A stretch of DNA of 64,000 nt from Euglena gracilis (lineage: Eukaryota), in contig CP154954.1 in assembly GCA_039621445.1 (NCBI GenBank), forward strand, positions 39,517,816-39,581,815, written 5' to 3'. Below, piece by piece: positions 20,301 through 35,300 of this stretch (its first letter is position 1; each line of letters opens with the position of its first letter). A model generated the notes under the pieces. The model was not told where the DNA came from and ran no database searches. It saw only the letters and a program-made list of their open reading frames with translations. The position numbers and the translations under genes were made by a program.

Positions 20301-23300
20301 TGTTCGAGGGCCCCAAAATAACAAAATCCTTTGTGTTACCCACCCGTTTTGGGGGGCAAATCCCTTTTGTTGCCCAACTGTTCGAGGGCCCCAAAATAAC
20401 AAAATCCTTTGTGTTACCCACCCGTTTTGGGGGGCAAATCCCTTTTGTTGCCCAACTGTTCGAGGGCCCCAAAATAACAAAATCCCTTGTGTTACCCACC
20501 CGTTTTGGGGGGCAAAGCCCTTGTGTTGCCCAACTGTTCGAGGGCCCCTAAATAACAAAATCCTTTGTGTTACCCACCCGTTTTGGGGGGCAAATCCCTT
20601 GTGTTACCCACCCGTTTTGGGGGGCAAATCCCTTTTGTTGCCCAACTGTTCGAGGGCCCCTAAATAACAAAATCCCTTGTGTTACCCACCCGTTTTGGGC
20701 GGCAAATCCCTTTTGTTGCCCAACTGTTCGACGGCCCCAAAATAACAAAATCCCTTGTGTTACCCACCCGTTTTGGAGGGCAAATCCCTTTTGTTGCCCA
20801 GCTGTTCGAGGGCCCCAAAATAACAAAATCCCTTGTGTTACCCACCCATTTTGGGGGGCAAATCCCTTGTGTTACCCACCCGTTTTGGGGGGCAAATCCC
20901 TTTTGTTGCCCAACTGTTCGAGGGCCCCAAAATAACAAAATCCCTTGTGTTACCCACCCATTTTGGGGGGCAAATCCCTTGTGTTACCCACCCGTTTTGG
21001 TGGGCAAATCCCTTTTGTTGCCCAGCTGTTCGAGGGCCCCAAAATAACAAAATCCCTTGTGTTACCCACCCGTTTTGGGGGCAAATCCCTTGTGTTACCC
21101 ACCCGTTTTGGGGGGCAAATCCCTTTTGTTGCCCAACTGTTCGAGGGCCCCAAAATGACAAAATCCCTTGTGTTACCCACCCGTTTTGGGGGGGCAAATC
21201 CCTTTTGTTGCCCAGCTGTTCGAGGGCCCCAAAATAACAAAATCCCTTGTGTTACCCACCCGTTTTGGGGGGCAAATCCCTTTTGTTGCCCAACTGTTCG
21301 AGGGCCCCAAAATAACAAAATCCCTTGTGTTACACACCCGTTTTGGGGGGCAAATCCCTTGTGTTACCCACCCGTTTTGGGGGGCAAATCCCTTTTGTTG
21401 CCCAACTGTTCGAGGGCCCCTAAATAACAAAATCCCTTGTGTTACCCACCTGTTTTGGGGGGCAAATCCCTTTTGTTGCCCAACTGTTCGAGGGCCCCAA
21501 AATAACAAAATCCTTTGTGTTACCCACCCGTTTTGGGGGGCAAATCCCTTTTGTTGCCCAACTGTTCGAGGGCCCCAAAATAACAAAATCCTTTGTGTTA
21601 CCCACCCGTTTTGGGGGGCAAATCCCTTTTGTTGCCCAACTGTTCGAGGGCCCCAAAATAACAAAATCCTTTGTGTTACCCACCCGTTTTGGGGGGCAAA
21701 TCCCTTTTGTTGCCCAACTGTTCGAGGGCCCCTAAATAACAAAATCCCTTGTGTTACCCACCCGTTTTGGGGGGCAAATCCCTTTTGTTGCCCAACTGTT
21801 CGAGGGCCCCAAAATAACAAAATCCCTTGTGTTACCCACCCGTTTTGGGGGGCAAATCCCTTTTGTTGCCCAACTGTTCGAGGGCCCCAAAATAACAAAA
21901 TCCTTTGTGTTACCCACCCGTTTTGGGAGGCAAATCCCTTTTGTTGCCCAACTGTTCGAGGGCCCCAAAATAACAAAATCCTTTGTGTTACCCACCCGTT
22001 TTGGGGGGCAAATCCCTTTTGTTGCCCAACTGTTCGAGGGCCCCAAAATAACAAAATCCTTTGTGTTACCCACCCGTTTTGGGGGGCAAATCCCTTTTGT
22101 TGCCCAACTGTTCGAGGGCCCCAAAGTAACAAAATCCCTTGTGTTACCCACCCGTTTTGGGGGGCAAATCCCTTGTGTTGCCCAACTGTTTGAGGGTCCC
22201 TAAATAACAAAATCCCTTGTGTTACCCACCCGTTTTGGGGGGCAAAGCCCTTGTGTTGCCCAACTGTTCGAGGGCCCCTAAATAACAAAATCCCTTGTGT
22301 TACCCAGCCGTTTTGGGGGGCAAATCCCTTGTGTTACCCACCCGTTTTGGGGGGCAAATCCCTTTTGTTGCCCAACTGTTCGAGGGCCCCTAAATAACAA
22401 AATCCCTTGTGTTACCCACCCGTTTTGGGCGGCAAATCCCTTTTGTTGCCCAACTGTTCGACGGCCCCAAAATAACAAAATCCCTTGTGTTACCCACCCG
22501 TTTTGGAGGGCAAATCCCTTTTGTTGCCCAGCTGTTCGAGGGCCCCAAAATAACAAAATCCCTTGTGTTACCCACCCGTTTTGGGGGGGCAAATCCCTTT
22601 TGTTGCCCAACTGTTCGAGGGCACCTAAATAACAAAATCCCTTGTTTTACCCACCCTTTTTGGGGGGCAAATCCCTTTTGTTGCCCAACTGTTCGAGGGC
22701 CCCAAAATAACAAAATCCCTTGTGTTACCCACCCATTTTGGGGGGCAAATCCCTTGTGTTACCCACCCGTTTTGGTGGGCAAATCCCTTTTGTTGCCCAG
22801 CTGTTCGAGGGCCCCAAAATAACAAAATCCCTTGTGTTACCCACCCGTTTTGGAGGCAAATCCCTTGTGTTACCCACCCGTTTTGGGGGGCAAATCCCTT
22901 TTGTTGCCCAACTGTTCGAGGGCCCCAAAATAACAAAATCCCTTGTGTTACCCACCCTTTTTGGGGGGCAAATCCCTTGTGTTACCCACCCGTTTTGGGG
23001 GGCAAATCCCTTGTGTTACCCACCCGTTTTGGGGGGCAAATCCCTTGTGTTACCCACCCGTTTTGGGGGGCAAATCCCTTTTGTTGCCCAACTGTTCGAG
23101 GGCCCCAAAATAACAAAATCCCTTGTGTTACCCACCCGTTTTGGGGGGCAAATCCCTTTTGTTGCCCAACTGTTCGAGGGCCCCAAAATAACAAAATCCC
23201 TTGTGTTACACACCCGTTTTGGGGGGCAAATCCCTTGTGTAACCCACCCGTTTTGGGGGGCAAATCCCTTTTGTTGCCCAACTGTTTGAGGGCCCCAAAA

Positions 23301-26300
23301 TAACAAAATCCATCGTGTTACCCACCCGTTTTGGGGGCACCCGTTTTGGGGGCAAATCCCTTTTGTTTCCCCGCCGTTTTTGGGGGGCAAATCCCTTTTG
23401 TTGCCCAACTGTTCGAGGGCCCCAAAATAACAAAATCCCTTGTGTTACCCACCCGTTTTGGGGGGCAAATCCCTTTTGTTGCCCAACTGTTCGAGGGCCC
23501 CAAAATAACAAAATCCCTTGTGTTACCCACCCGTTTTGGGGGGCAAATCCTTTTGTTGCCCAACTGTTCGAGGGCCCCTAAATAACAAAATCCCTTGTGT
23601 TACCCACCCGTTTTGGGGGGCAAATCCCTTTTGTTGCCCAACTGTTCGAGGGCCCCAAAATAACAAAATCCCTTGTGTTACCCACCCGTTTTGGGGGGCA
23701 AATCCCTTGTGTAACCCAACTAATTTCGGGGGCAAATCCCTTTTGTTGCCCAACTGTTCGAAGGCCCCTAAATAACAAAATCCCTTGTGTTACCCACCCT
23801 TTTTGGAGGGCAAATCCCTTCTGTAACCCAACTAATTTCGGGGGCAAATCCCTTTTGTTGCCCAACTGTTCGAGGGCCCCAAAATAACAAAATCCCTTGT
23901 GTTACCCACCCGTTTTGGGGGGCAAATCCCTTGTGTAACCCAACTAATTTCGGGGGCAAATCCCTTTTGTTGCCCAACTGTTCGAGGGCCCCAAAATAAC
24001 AAAATCCTTTGTGTTACCCACCCGTTTTGGGGGGCAAATCCCTTTTGTTGCCCAACTGTTCGAGGGCCCCAAAATAACAAAATCCTTTGTGTTACCCACC
24101 CGTTTTGGGGGGCAAATCCGTTTTGTTGCCCAACTGTTCGAGGGCCCCAAAATAACAAAATCCCTTGTGTTACCCACCCGTTTTGGGGGGCAAATCCCTT
24201 TTGTTGCCCAACTGTTCGAGGGCCCCAAAATAACAAAATCCCTTGTGTTACCCACCCTTTTTGGGGGGGAAATCCCTTGTGTTACCCACCCGTTTTGGGG
24301 GGCAAATCCCTTGTGTTGCCCAACTGTTCGAAGGCCCCAAAATAACAAAATCCCTTGTGTTACCCACCCGTTTTGGGGGGCAAATCCCTTGTGTAACCCA
24401 ACTAATTTCGGGGGCAAATCCCTTTTGTTGCCCAACTGTTCGAAGGCCCCTAAATAACAAAATCCCTTGTGTTACCCACCCTTTTTGGAGGGCAAATCCC
24501 TTCTGTAACCCAACTAATTTCGGGGGCAAATCCCTTTTGTTGCCCAACTGTTCGAGGGCCCCAAAATAACAAAATCCCTTGTGTTACCCACACGTTTTGG
24601 GGGGCAATCCCTTGTGTAACCCAACTAATTTCGGGGGCAAATCCCTTTTGTTGCCCAACTGTTCGAGGGCCCCAAAATAACAAAATCCCTTGTGTTACCC
24701 ACCCGTTTTGGGGGGCAAATCCCTTTTGTTGCCCAACTGTTCGAGGGCCCCAAAATAACAAAATCCCTTGTGTTACCCACCCGTTTTGGGGGGCAAATCC
24801 CTTTTGTTGCCCAACTGTTCGAGGGCCCAAAAATAACAAAATCCCTTGTGTTACCCACCCGTTTTGGGGGGCAAATCCCTTTTGTTGCCCAACTGTTCGA
24901 GGGCCCAAAAATAACAAAATCCCTTGTGTTACCCACCCTTTTGGGGGGGAAAATCCCTTGTGTTACCCACCCGTTTTGGGGGGCAAATCCCTTTTGTTGC
25001 CCAACTGTTCGAGGGCCCCAAAATAACAAAATCCCTTGTGTTACCCACCCGTTTTGGGGGGCAAATCCCTTGTGTAACCCAACTAATTTCGGGGGCAAAT
25101 CCCTTTTGTTGCCCAACTGTTCGAAGGCCCCTAAATAACAAAATCCCTTGTGTTACCCACCCTTTTTGGAGGGCAAATCCCTTCTGTAACCCAACTAATT
25201 TCGGGGGCAAATCCCTTTTGTTGTCCAACTGTTCGAGGGCCCCAAAATAACAAAATCCCTTGTGTTACCCACCCGTTTTGGGGGGCAATCCCTTGTGTAA
25301 CCCAACTAATTTCGGGGGCAAATCCCTTTTGTTGCCCAACTGTTCGAGGTCTCCGAAATAACAAAATCCTTTCTGTTACCCACCCGTTTTGGGGGGCAAA
25401 TCCCTTTTGTTGCCCAACTGTTCGAGGGCCCCAAAATAACAAAATCCTTTGTGTTACCCACCCGTTTAGGGGGGCAAATCCCTTTTGTTGCCCAACTGTT
25501 CAAGCGCCCCAAAATAACAAAATCCCTTGTGTTACCCACCCGTTTTGGGGGGCAAATCCCTTTTGTTGCCCAACTGTTCGAGGGCCCCAAAATAACAAAA
25601 TCCTTTGTGTTACCCACATCTCTTGGGGGGCAAATCCCTTTTGTTGCCCAACTGTTCGAGGGCCCCAAAATAACAAAATCCTTTGTGTTACCCACCCGTT
25701 TTGGGGGGCAAATCCCTTTTGTTGCCCAACTGTTCGAGGGCCCCAAAATAACAAAATCCTTTGTGTTACCCACCCGTTTTGGGGGGCAAATCCCTTTTGT
25801 TGCCCAACTGTTCGAGGGCCCCAAAATAACAAAATCCTTTCTGTTACCCACCCGTTTTGGGGGGCAAATCCCTTTTGTTGCCCAACTGTTCGAGGGCCCC
25901 AAAATAACAAAATCCCTTGTGTTACCCACCCGTTTTGGGGGGCAAATCCTTTGTGTTGCCCAACTGTTCGAGGGCACAAAAATAACAAAATCCCTTGTGT
26001 TACACGCCCGTTCTGGGGGGCAAAGCCCTTGTGTTGCCCAACTGTTTGAGGGCCCCTAAATAACAAAATCCCTTGTGTTACCCACCCGTTTTGGGGGGCA
26101 AAGCCCTTGTGTTGCCCAACTGTTCGAGGGCACAAAAATAACAAAATCCCTTGTGTTACCCGCCCGTTCTGGGGGGCAAAGCCCTTGTGTTGCCCAACTG
26201 TTTGAGGGCCCCTAAATAACAAAATCCCTTGTGTTACCCACCCGTTTTGGGGGGCAAATCCCTTTTGTTGCCCAACTGTTCGAGGGCCCCTAAATAACAA

Positions 26301-29300
26301 AATCCCTTGTGTTACCCACCCGTTTTGGGGGGCAAATCCCTTTTGTTGCCCAACTGTTCGAGGGCCCCAAAATAACAAAATCCCTTGTGTTACCCACCCG
26401 TTTTGGGGGGCAAATCCCTTTTGTTGCCCAACTGTTCGAGGGCCCCTAAATAACAAAATCCCTTGTGTTACCCACCCGTTTTGGGGGGCAAATCCCTTTT
26501 GTTGCCCAACTGTTCGAGGGCCCCTAAATAACAAAATCCCTTGTGTTACCCACCCGTTTTGGGGGGCAAATCCCTTTTGTTGCCCAACTGTTCGAGGGCC
26601 CCTAAATAACAAAATCCCTTGTGTTACCCACCCGTTTTGGGGGGCAAATCCCTTTTGTTGCCCAACTGTTCGAGGGCCCCAAAATAACAAAATCCTTTGT
26701 GTTACCCACCCGTTTTGGGGGGCAAATCCCTTTTGTTGCCCAACTGTTCGAGGGCCCCTAAATAACAAAATCCCTTGTGTTACCCACCCGTTTTGGGGGG
26801 CAAATCCCTTTTGTTGCCCAACTGTTCGAGGGCCCCAAAATAACAAAATCCCTTGTGTTACCCACCCGTTTTGGGGGGCAAATCCCTTTTGTTGCCCAAC
26901 TGTTCGAGGGCCCCAAAATAACAAAATCCTTTGTGTTACCCACCCGTTTTGGGGGGCAAATCCCTTTTGTTGCCCAACTGTTCGAGGGCCCCTAAATAAC
27001 AAAATCCCTTGTGTTACCCACCCGTTTTGGGGGGCAAATCCCTTTTGTTGCCCAACTGTTCAAGCGCCCCAAAATAACAAAATCCTTTGTGTTACCCACC
27101 CGTTTTGGGGGGCAAATCCCTTTTGTTGCCCAACTGTTCGAGGGCCCCAAAATAACAAAATCCTTTGTGTTACCCACCTGTTTTGGGGGGCAAATCCCTT
27201 TTGTTGCCCAACTGTTCGAGGGCCCCAAAATAACAAAATCCTTTGTGTTACCCACCTGTTTTGGGGGGGGCAAATCCCTTTTGTTGCCCAACTGTTCGAG
27301 GGCCCCAAAATAACAAAATCCTTTGTGTTACCCACCTGTTTTGGGGGGCAAATCCCTTTTGTTGCCCAACTGTTCGAGGGCCCCAAAATAACAAAATCCT
27401 TTGTGTTACCCACCCGTTTTGGGGGGCAAATCCCTTTTGTTGCCCAACTGTTCGAGGGCCCCAAAATAACAAAATCCTTTGTGTTACCCACCCGTTTTGG
27501 GGGGCAAATCCCTTTTGTTGCCCAACTGTTCGAGGGCTCAAAAATAACAAAATCCCTTGTGTTCCAACCTTTACCCCGCCTTTCTGGGGGCAATCCCTTG
27601 TTTTTGGTTCACTGTTAGGGGGGGGGGGGGGGGTGAGAGTCCCTAAATAACAAAATCCCTTGTGTTACCCACCCGTTTTGGGGGGCAAATCCCTTGTGTA
27701 ACCCATCCAATTTCTGGTGCAAATCCCTTTTGTTGCCCAACTGTTCGAGGGCCCCTAAATAACAAAATCCCTTGTGTTACCCACCCGTTTTGGGGGGCAA
27801 ATCCCTTGTGTTACCCACCCGTTTTGGGGGGCAAATCCCTTGTGTTACCCACCCGTTTTGGGGGGCAAATCCCTTTTGTTGCCCAACTGTTCGAGGGCCC
27901 CAAAATAACAAAATCCTTTGTGTTACCCACCCGTTTTGGGGGGCAAATCCCTTTTGTTGCCCAACTGTTCGAGGGCCCCAAAATAACAAAATCCTTTGTG
28001 TTACCCACCTTTTTTGGGGGGCAAATCCCTTTTGTTGCCCAACTGTTCGAGGGCCCCAAAATAACAAAATCCCTTGTGTTACCCACCCGTTTTGGGGGGC
28101 AAATCCCTTTTGTTGCCCAACTGTTCGAGGGCCCCAAAATAACAAAATCCTTTGTGTTACCCACCCGTTTTGGGGGGCAAATCCCTTTTGTTGCCCAACT
28201 GTTCGAGGGCCTCAAAATAACAAAATCCTTTGTGTTACCCACCTTTTTTGGGGGGCAAATCCCTTTTGTTGCCCAACTGTTCGAGGGCCCCAAAATAACA
28301 AGATCCCTTGTGTTACCCACCCGTTTTGGGGGGCAAATACCTTTTGTTGCCCAACTGTTCGAGGGCCCCTAAATAACAAAATCCCTTGTGTTACCCACCC
28401 GTTTTGGGGGGCAAATCCCTTGTGTTACCCACCCGTTTTGGGGGGCAAATCCCTTGTGTTACCCACCCGTTTTGGGGGGCAAATCCCTTTTGTTGCCCAA
28501 CTGTTCGAGGGCCCCAAAATAACAAAATCCCTTGTGTTACCCTCCCGTTTAGGGGGGCAAATGCCCAACTGTTCGAGGGCCCCAAAATAACAAAATCCTT
28601 TGTGTTACCCACCCGTTTTGGGGGGCAAATCCCTTTTGTTGCCCAACTGTTCGAGGGCCCCAAAATAACAAAATCCTTTGTGTTACCCACCTTTTTTGGG
28701 GGGCAAATCCCTTTTGTTGCCCAACTGTTCGAGGGCCCCAAAATAACAAAATCCTTTGTGTTACCCACCTGTTTTGGGGGGCAAATCCCTTTTGTTGCCC
28801 AACTGTTCGAGGGCCCCAAAATAACAAAATCCTTTGTGTTACCCACCCGTTTTGGGGGGCAAATCCCTTTTGTTGCCCAACTGTTCGAGGGCCCCAAAAT
28901 AACAAGATCCCTTGTGTTACCCACCCGTTTTGGGGGGCAAATCCCTTTTGTTGCCCAACTGTTCGAGGGCCCCAAAATAACAAAATCCCTTGTGTTACCC
29001 ACCCGTTTTGGGGGGCAAATCCCTTTTGTTGCCCAACTGTTCGAGGGCCCCAAAATAACAAAATCCCTTGTGTTACCCACCCGTTTTGGGGGGCAAATCC
29101 CTTTTGTTGCCCAACTGTTCGAGGGCCCCAAAATAACAAAATCCTTTGTGTTACCCACCCGTTTTGGGGGGCAAATCCCTTTTGTTACCCAACTGTTCGA
29201 GGGCACAAAAATAACAAAATCCCTTGTGTTACCCGCCCGTTCTGGGGGCAAATCCCTTGTTTTGGTTAACTGTTTGAGAGTCCCTAAATAACAAAATCCC

Positions 29301-32300
29301 TTGTGTTACCCACCCGTTTTGGGGGGCAAATCCCTTGTGTAACCCATCCAATTTCTGGTGCAAATCCCTTTTGTTGCCCAACTGTTCGAGGGCCCCTAAA
29401 TAACAAAATCCCTTGTGTTACCCACCCGTTTTGGGGGGCAAATCCCTTGTGTTACCCACTCATTCTGGGGGGCAAATCCCTTTTGTTGCCCAACTGTTCG
29501 AGGGCCCCAAAATAACAAGATCCCTTGTGTTACCCACCCGTTTTGGGGGGCAAATACCTTTTGTTGCCCAACTGTTCGAGGGCCCCTAAATAACAAAATC
29601 CCTTGTGTTACCCACCCGTTTTGGGGGGCAAATCCCTTGTGTTACCCACCCGTTTTGGGGGGCAAATCCTTTGTGTTACCCACCCGTTTTGGGGGGCAAA
29701 TCCCTTGTGTTACCCACCCGTTCTGGGGGGCAAATCCCTTTTGTTGCCCAACTGTTCGAGGGCCCCTAAATAACAAAATCCGTTGTGTTATACACCCGTT
29801 TTGGGGGGCAAATACCTTTTGTTGCCCAACTGTTCGAGGGCCCCTAAATAACAAAATCCCTTGTGTTACCCACCCGTTTTGGGGGGCAAATCCCTTGTGT
29901 TACCCACCCGTTTTGGGGGGCAAATCCCTTGTGTTACCCACCCGTTTTGGGGGGCAAATCCCTTGTGTTACCCACCCGTTCTGGGGGGCAAATCCCTTTT
30001 GTTGCCCAACTGTTCGAGGGCCCCTAAATAACAAAATCCCTTGTGTTACCCACCCGTTTTGGGGGGCAAATCCCTTGTGTTACCCAACTAATTTGGGGGG
30101 CAAATCCCTTTTGTTGCCCAACTGTTCGAGGGCCCCAAAATAACAAAATCCCTTGTGTTACCCACCCGTTTTGGGGGGCAAATCCCTTTTGTTGCCCAAC
30201 TGTTCGAGGGCCCCTAAATAACAAAATCCCTTGTGTTACACACCCGTTTTGGGGGGCAAATCCCTTGTGTTACCCAACTAATTTTGGGGGGCAAATCCCT
30301 TTTGTTGCCCAGCTGTTCGAGGGCCCCTAAATAACAAAATCCCTTGTGTTACCCACCCGTTTTGGGGGGCAAATCCCTTTTGTTGCCCAACTGTTCGAGG
30401 GCCCCTAAATAACAAAATCCCTTGTGTTACCCACCCGTTTTGGGGGGCAAATCCCTTTTGTTGCCCAACTGTTCGAGGGCCCCTAAATAACAAAATCCCT
30501 TGTGTTACCCACCCGTTTTGGGGGGCAAATCCCTTGTGTTACCCACCCGTTTTGGGGGGCAAATCCTTTGTGTTACCCACCCGTTTTGGGGGGCAAATCC
30601 CTTGTGTTACCCACCCGTTCTGGGGGGCAAATCCCTTTTGTTGCCCAACTGTTCGAGGGCCCCTAAATAACAAAATCCGTTGTGTTATACACCCGTTTTG
30701 GGGGGCAAATACCTTTTGTTGCCCAACTGTTCGAGGGCCCCTAAATAACAAAATCCCTTGTGTTACCCACCCGTTTTGGGGGGCAAATCCCTTGTGTTAC
30801 CCACCCGTTTTGGGGGGCAAATCCTTTGTGTTACCCACCCGTTTTGGGGGGCAAATCCCTTGTGTTACCCACCCGTTCTGGGGGGCAAATCCCTTTTGTT
30901 GCCCAACTGTTCGAGGGCCCCTAAATAACAAAATCCGTTGTGTTATACACCCGTTTTGGGGGGCAAATACCTTTTGTTGCCCAACTGTTCGAGGGCCCCT
31001 AAATAACAAAATCCCTTGTGTTACCCACCCGTTTTGGGGGGCAAATCCCTTGTGTTACCCACCCGTTTTGGGGGGCAAATCCCTTGTGTTACCCACCCGT
31101 TTTGGGGGGCAAATCCCTTGTGTTACCCATCCGTTCTGGGGGGCAAATACCTTTTGTTGCCCAACTGTTCGAGGGCCCCTAAATAACAAAATCCGTTGTG
31201 TTACCCACCCGTTTTGGGGGGCAAATCCCTTGTGTTACCCAACTAATTTTGGGGGGCAAATCCCTTTTGTTGCCCAACTGTTCGAGGGCCCCAAAATAAC
31301 AAAATCCCTTGTGTTACCCACCCGTTTTGGGGGGCAAATCCCTTTTGTTGCCCAACTGTTCGAGGGCCCCTAAATAACAAAATCCCTTGTGTTACCCACC
31401 CGTTTTGGGGGGCAAATCCCTTGTGTTACCCAACTAATTTTGGGGGGCAAATCCCTTTTGTTGCCCAGCTGTTCGAGGGCCCCTAAATAACAAAATCCCT
31501 TGTGTTACCCACCCGTTTAGGGGGGCAAATCCCTTATGTTGCCCAACTGTCGAGGGCCCCTAAATAACAAAATCCTTTGTGTTACCCACCCGTTTTGGGG
31601 GGCAAATCCCTTTTGTTGCCCAGCTGTTCGAGGGCCCCTAAATAACAAAATCCCTTGTGTTACCCACCCGTTTAGGGGGGCAAATCCCTTTTGTTGCCCA
31701 ACTGTTCGAGGGCCCCAAAATAACAAAATCCCTTGTGTTACCCACCCAAATCCCTTGTGTAACCCAATTAAATTCGGGGGCAAATCCCTTTTGTTGCCCA
31801 ACTGTTCGAGGGCCCCAAAATAACAAAGTCCCTTGTGTTACCCACCCGTTTTGGGGGGCAAATCCCTTGTGTAACCCAACTGATTTCGGGGGCAAATCCC
31901 TTTTGTTGCCCAACTGTTCGAGGGCCCCAAAATAACAAAATCCCTTGTGTTACCCACCCGTTTTGGGGGGCAAATCCCTTGTGTTCCCCACCCGTTCTTG
32001 GGGGCAAATCCCTTGTGTTGCCAAACTGTTCGAGGGCCCCAAAATAACAAAATCCTTTGTGTTACCCACCCGTTTTGGGGGGCAAATCCCTTGTGTTACC
32101 CACCCGTTTTGGGGGGCAAATCCCTTGTGTTACCCACCCGTTTTGGGGGGCAAATCCCTTGTGTTACCCACCCGTTTTGGGGGGCAAATCCCTTGTGTTA
32201 CCCACCCGTTTTGGGGGGCAAATCCCTTGTGTTACCCACCCGTTTTGGGGGGCAAATCCCTTGTGTTACCCACCCGTTTTGGGGGGCAAGTCCCTTGTGT

Positions 32301-35300
32301 TACCCACCCTTTTTGGGGGGCAAATCCCTTGTGTTACCCACCCGTTTTGGGGGGCAAATCCCTTTTGTTGCCCAACTGTTCGAGGGCCCCTAAATAGCAA
32401 AATCCCTTGTGTTACCCGCCCGTTCTGGGGGCAAATCCCTTGTTTTGGTTAACTGTTTGAGAGTCCCTAAATAACAAAATCCCTTGTGTTACCCACCCGT
32501 TTTGGGGGGCAAATCCCTTGTGTAACCCATCCAATTTCTGGTGCAAATCCCTTTTGTTGCCCAACTGTTCGAGGGCCCCTAAATGACAAAATCCCTTGTG
32601 TTACCCACCCGTTTTGGGGGGCAAATCCCTTTTGTTGCCCAACTGTTCGAGGGCCCCAAAATAACAAAATCCCTTGTGTTGCCCACCCGTTTTGGGGGGC
32701 AAATCCCTTGTGTAACCCATCTAATTTCTGTGGCAAATCCCTTTTGTTGCCCAACTGTTCGAGGGCCCCTAAATAGCAAAATCCCTTGTGTTACCCACCC
32801 GTTTTGGGGGGCAAATCCCTTGTGTTACCCACCCGTTCTTGGGGGCAAATCCCTTGTGTTGCCAAACTGTTCGAGGGCCCCAAAATAACAAAATCCTTTG
32901 TGTTGCCCACTCGTTTTGGGGGCCAATCCCTTTTGTTGCTGTCCGAAGGCCCCAAAATAACAAAATCCCTTGTGTTACCCACCCGTCTTGGGGTCCAGTC
33001 CCTTTTGTTGCTCAACTGTCCGAGGGCCCCTAAATAACAAAATCCCTTGTGTTACCCACCCGTTTTGGGGGGCAAATCCCTTTTGTTGCCCAACTGTTCG
33101 AGGGCCCCTAAATAACAAAATCCCTTGTGTTACCCACCCGTTTTGGGGGGCAAATCCCTTGTGTTACCCACCCGTTTTGGGGGGCAAATACCTTTTGTTG
33201 CCCAACTGTTCGAGGGCCCCTAAATAACAAAATCCCTTGTGTTACCCACCCGTTTTGGGGGGCAAATCCCTTGTGTTACCCACCCGTTTTGGGGGGCAAA
33301 TCCCTTGTGTTACCCACCCGTTTTGGGGGGCAAATCCCTTGTGTTACCCACCCGTTTTGGGGGGCAAATCCCTTTTGTTGCCCAACTGTTCGAGGGCCCC
33401 AAAATAACAAAATCCTTTGTGTTACCCACCCGTTTTGGGGGGCAAATCCCTTTTGTTGCCCAACTGTTCGAGGGCCCCAAAATAACAAAATCCTTTGTGT
33501 TACCCACCCGTTTTGGGGGGCAAATCCCTTTTGTTGCCCAACTGTTCGAGGGCCCCAAAATAACAAAATCCCTTGTGTTACCCACCCGTTTTGGGGGGCA
33601 AATCCCTTTTGGTTGCCAAACTGTTTGGGGGCCACAAAATAACAAAATCCCTTGTGTTACCCACCCGTTTTGGGGGGCAAATCCCTTGTGTAACCCATCC
33701 AATTTCTAGTGCAAATCCCTTTTGTTGCCCAACTGTTCGAGGGCCCCTAAATAACAAAATCCCTTGTGTTACCCACCCGTTTTGGGGGGCAAATCCCTTG
33801 TGTTACCCACCCGTTTTGGGGGGCAAATCCCTTTTGTTGCCCAACTGTTCGAGGGCCCCAAAATAACAAAATCCCTTGTGTTGCCCACCCGTTTTGGGGA
33901 GCAAATCCCTTGTGTAACCCCCATCTAATTTCTGTGGCAAATCCCTTTTGTTGCCCAACTGTTCGAGGGCCCCTAAATAACAAACCCTGTTCGAGGGCCC
34001 CAAAATAACAAAATCCCTTGTGTTACCCACCCGTTTTGGGGGGCAAATCCCTTGTGTAACCCAAATTTTGAGGTCCCTAAATCCCTTTTGTTGCCCAACT
34101 GTTCGAGGGCCCTAAATAACAAAATCCCTTGTGTTACCCACCTGTTTTGGGGGGCAAATCCCTTTGTTGCCCACCTGTTCGAGGCCCCTAAATAACAAAA
34201 TCCCTTGTGTTACCCACCCGTTTTGGGGGGCAAATCCCTTGTGTAACCCACCCGTTTTGGGGGGCAAATCCCTTTTGTTGCCCAACTGTTCGAGGGCCCC
34301 AAAATAACAAAATCCCTTGTGTTGCCCACCCGTTTTGGGGGGCAAATCCCTTGTGTAACCCATCTAATTTCTGTGGCAAATCCCTTTTGTTGCCCAACTG
34401 TTCGAGGGCCCCAAAATAACAAAATCCCTTGTGTTACCCACCCGTTTTGGGGGGCAAATCCCTTGTGTTACCCACCCGTTCTTGGGGGCAAATCCCTTGT
34501 GTTGCCAAACTGTTCGAGGGCCCCAAAATAACAAAATCCTTTGTGTTACCCACCCGTTTTGGGGGGCAAATCCCTTGTGTTACCCACCCGTTTTGGGGGG
34601 CAAATCCCTTTTGCTGCCCACTGTTCGAGGGCCCCAAATAACAAAAGACGAACGTGTCCGCGGGCCGCGGGGCGGCCCGTCTTTTGGCCGCGGCGGGGAC
34701 CGGTGGTGGGGGCGGCAGGAGTACCTGGGTGGGGTTGCCGCGGGTAGCGGGGGGGGGTGAGGGGGGGGGGGGGAGCGCCGCGGAGGGGGAGGCGCTGTGT
34801 TACCCCCCGTTTGGGAGCGGCGGAGGGGGGGGGCGCCGGGCAAGGGGAGGGCGGGGGGGCGTGGCGGATGGTAAGGGGACCGTGGGGAGGGGTGTGCGGG
34901 GGGGGGGAGGGGAGGGGGGGGGGGGGGAGTGGGAGGGGCGGACGAGGGGCCCCAAAAATAACAAAATCCTTTGTGTTACCCACGTTTTGGGGGGCAAATC
35001 CCGGGGTGTGGGGGGGGGGGTTACCCGGGGGACCCGGTGGGGGGCAAATATTTGTGTTACCCGGGGGAAGGGGGGGGGGGTTTTGGGGGGCAAAGGGCCT
35101 TGTGGGGGGTGACCCCCACCGTTTTGGGGGGCAAATGGGGGGGGGGCCGTGTAGGGTGGGGGGCAAGTCCCTTGTGTTACCCACCCGTTTTGGGGGGCAA
35201 ATCCCTTGTGTTACCCACCTGTTTTGGGGGGCAAATCCCTTTTGTTGCCCAACTGTTCGAGGGCCCCAAAATAACAAAATCCTTTGTGTTACCCACCTGT

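Noticed and set aside
34645-35165. G-rich insert in the satellite
   Set aside because: Garbled satellite with no TIR or TSD; likely sequencing noise (similar at ~27560-27640 and ~46620-47290).
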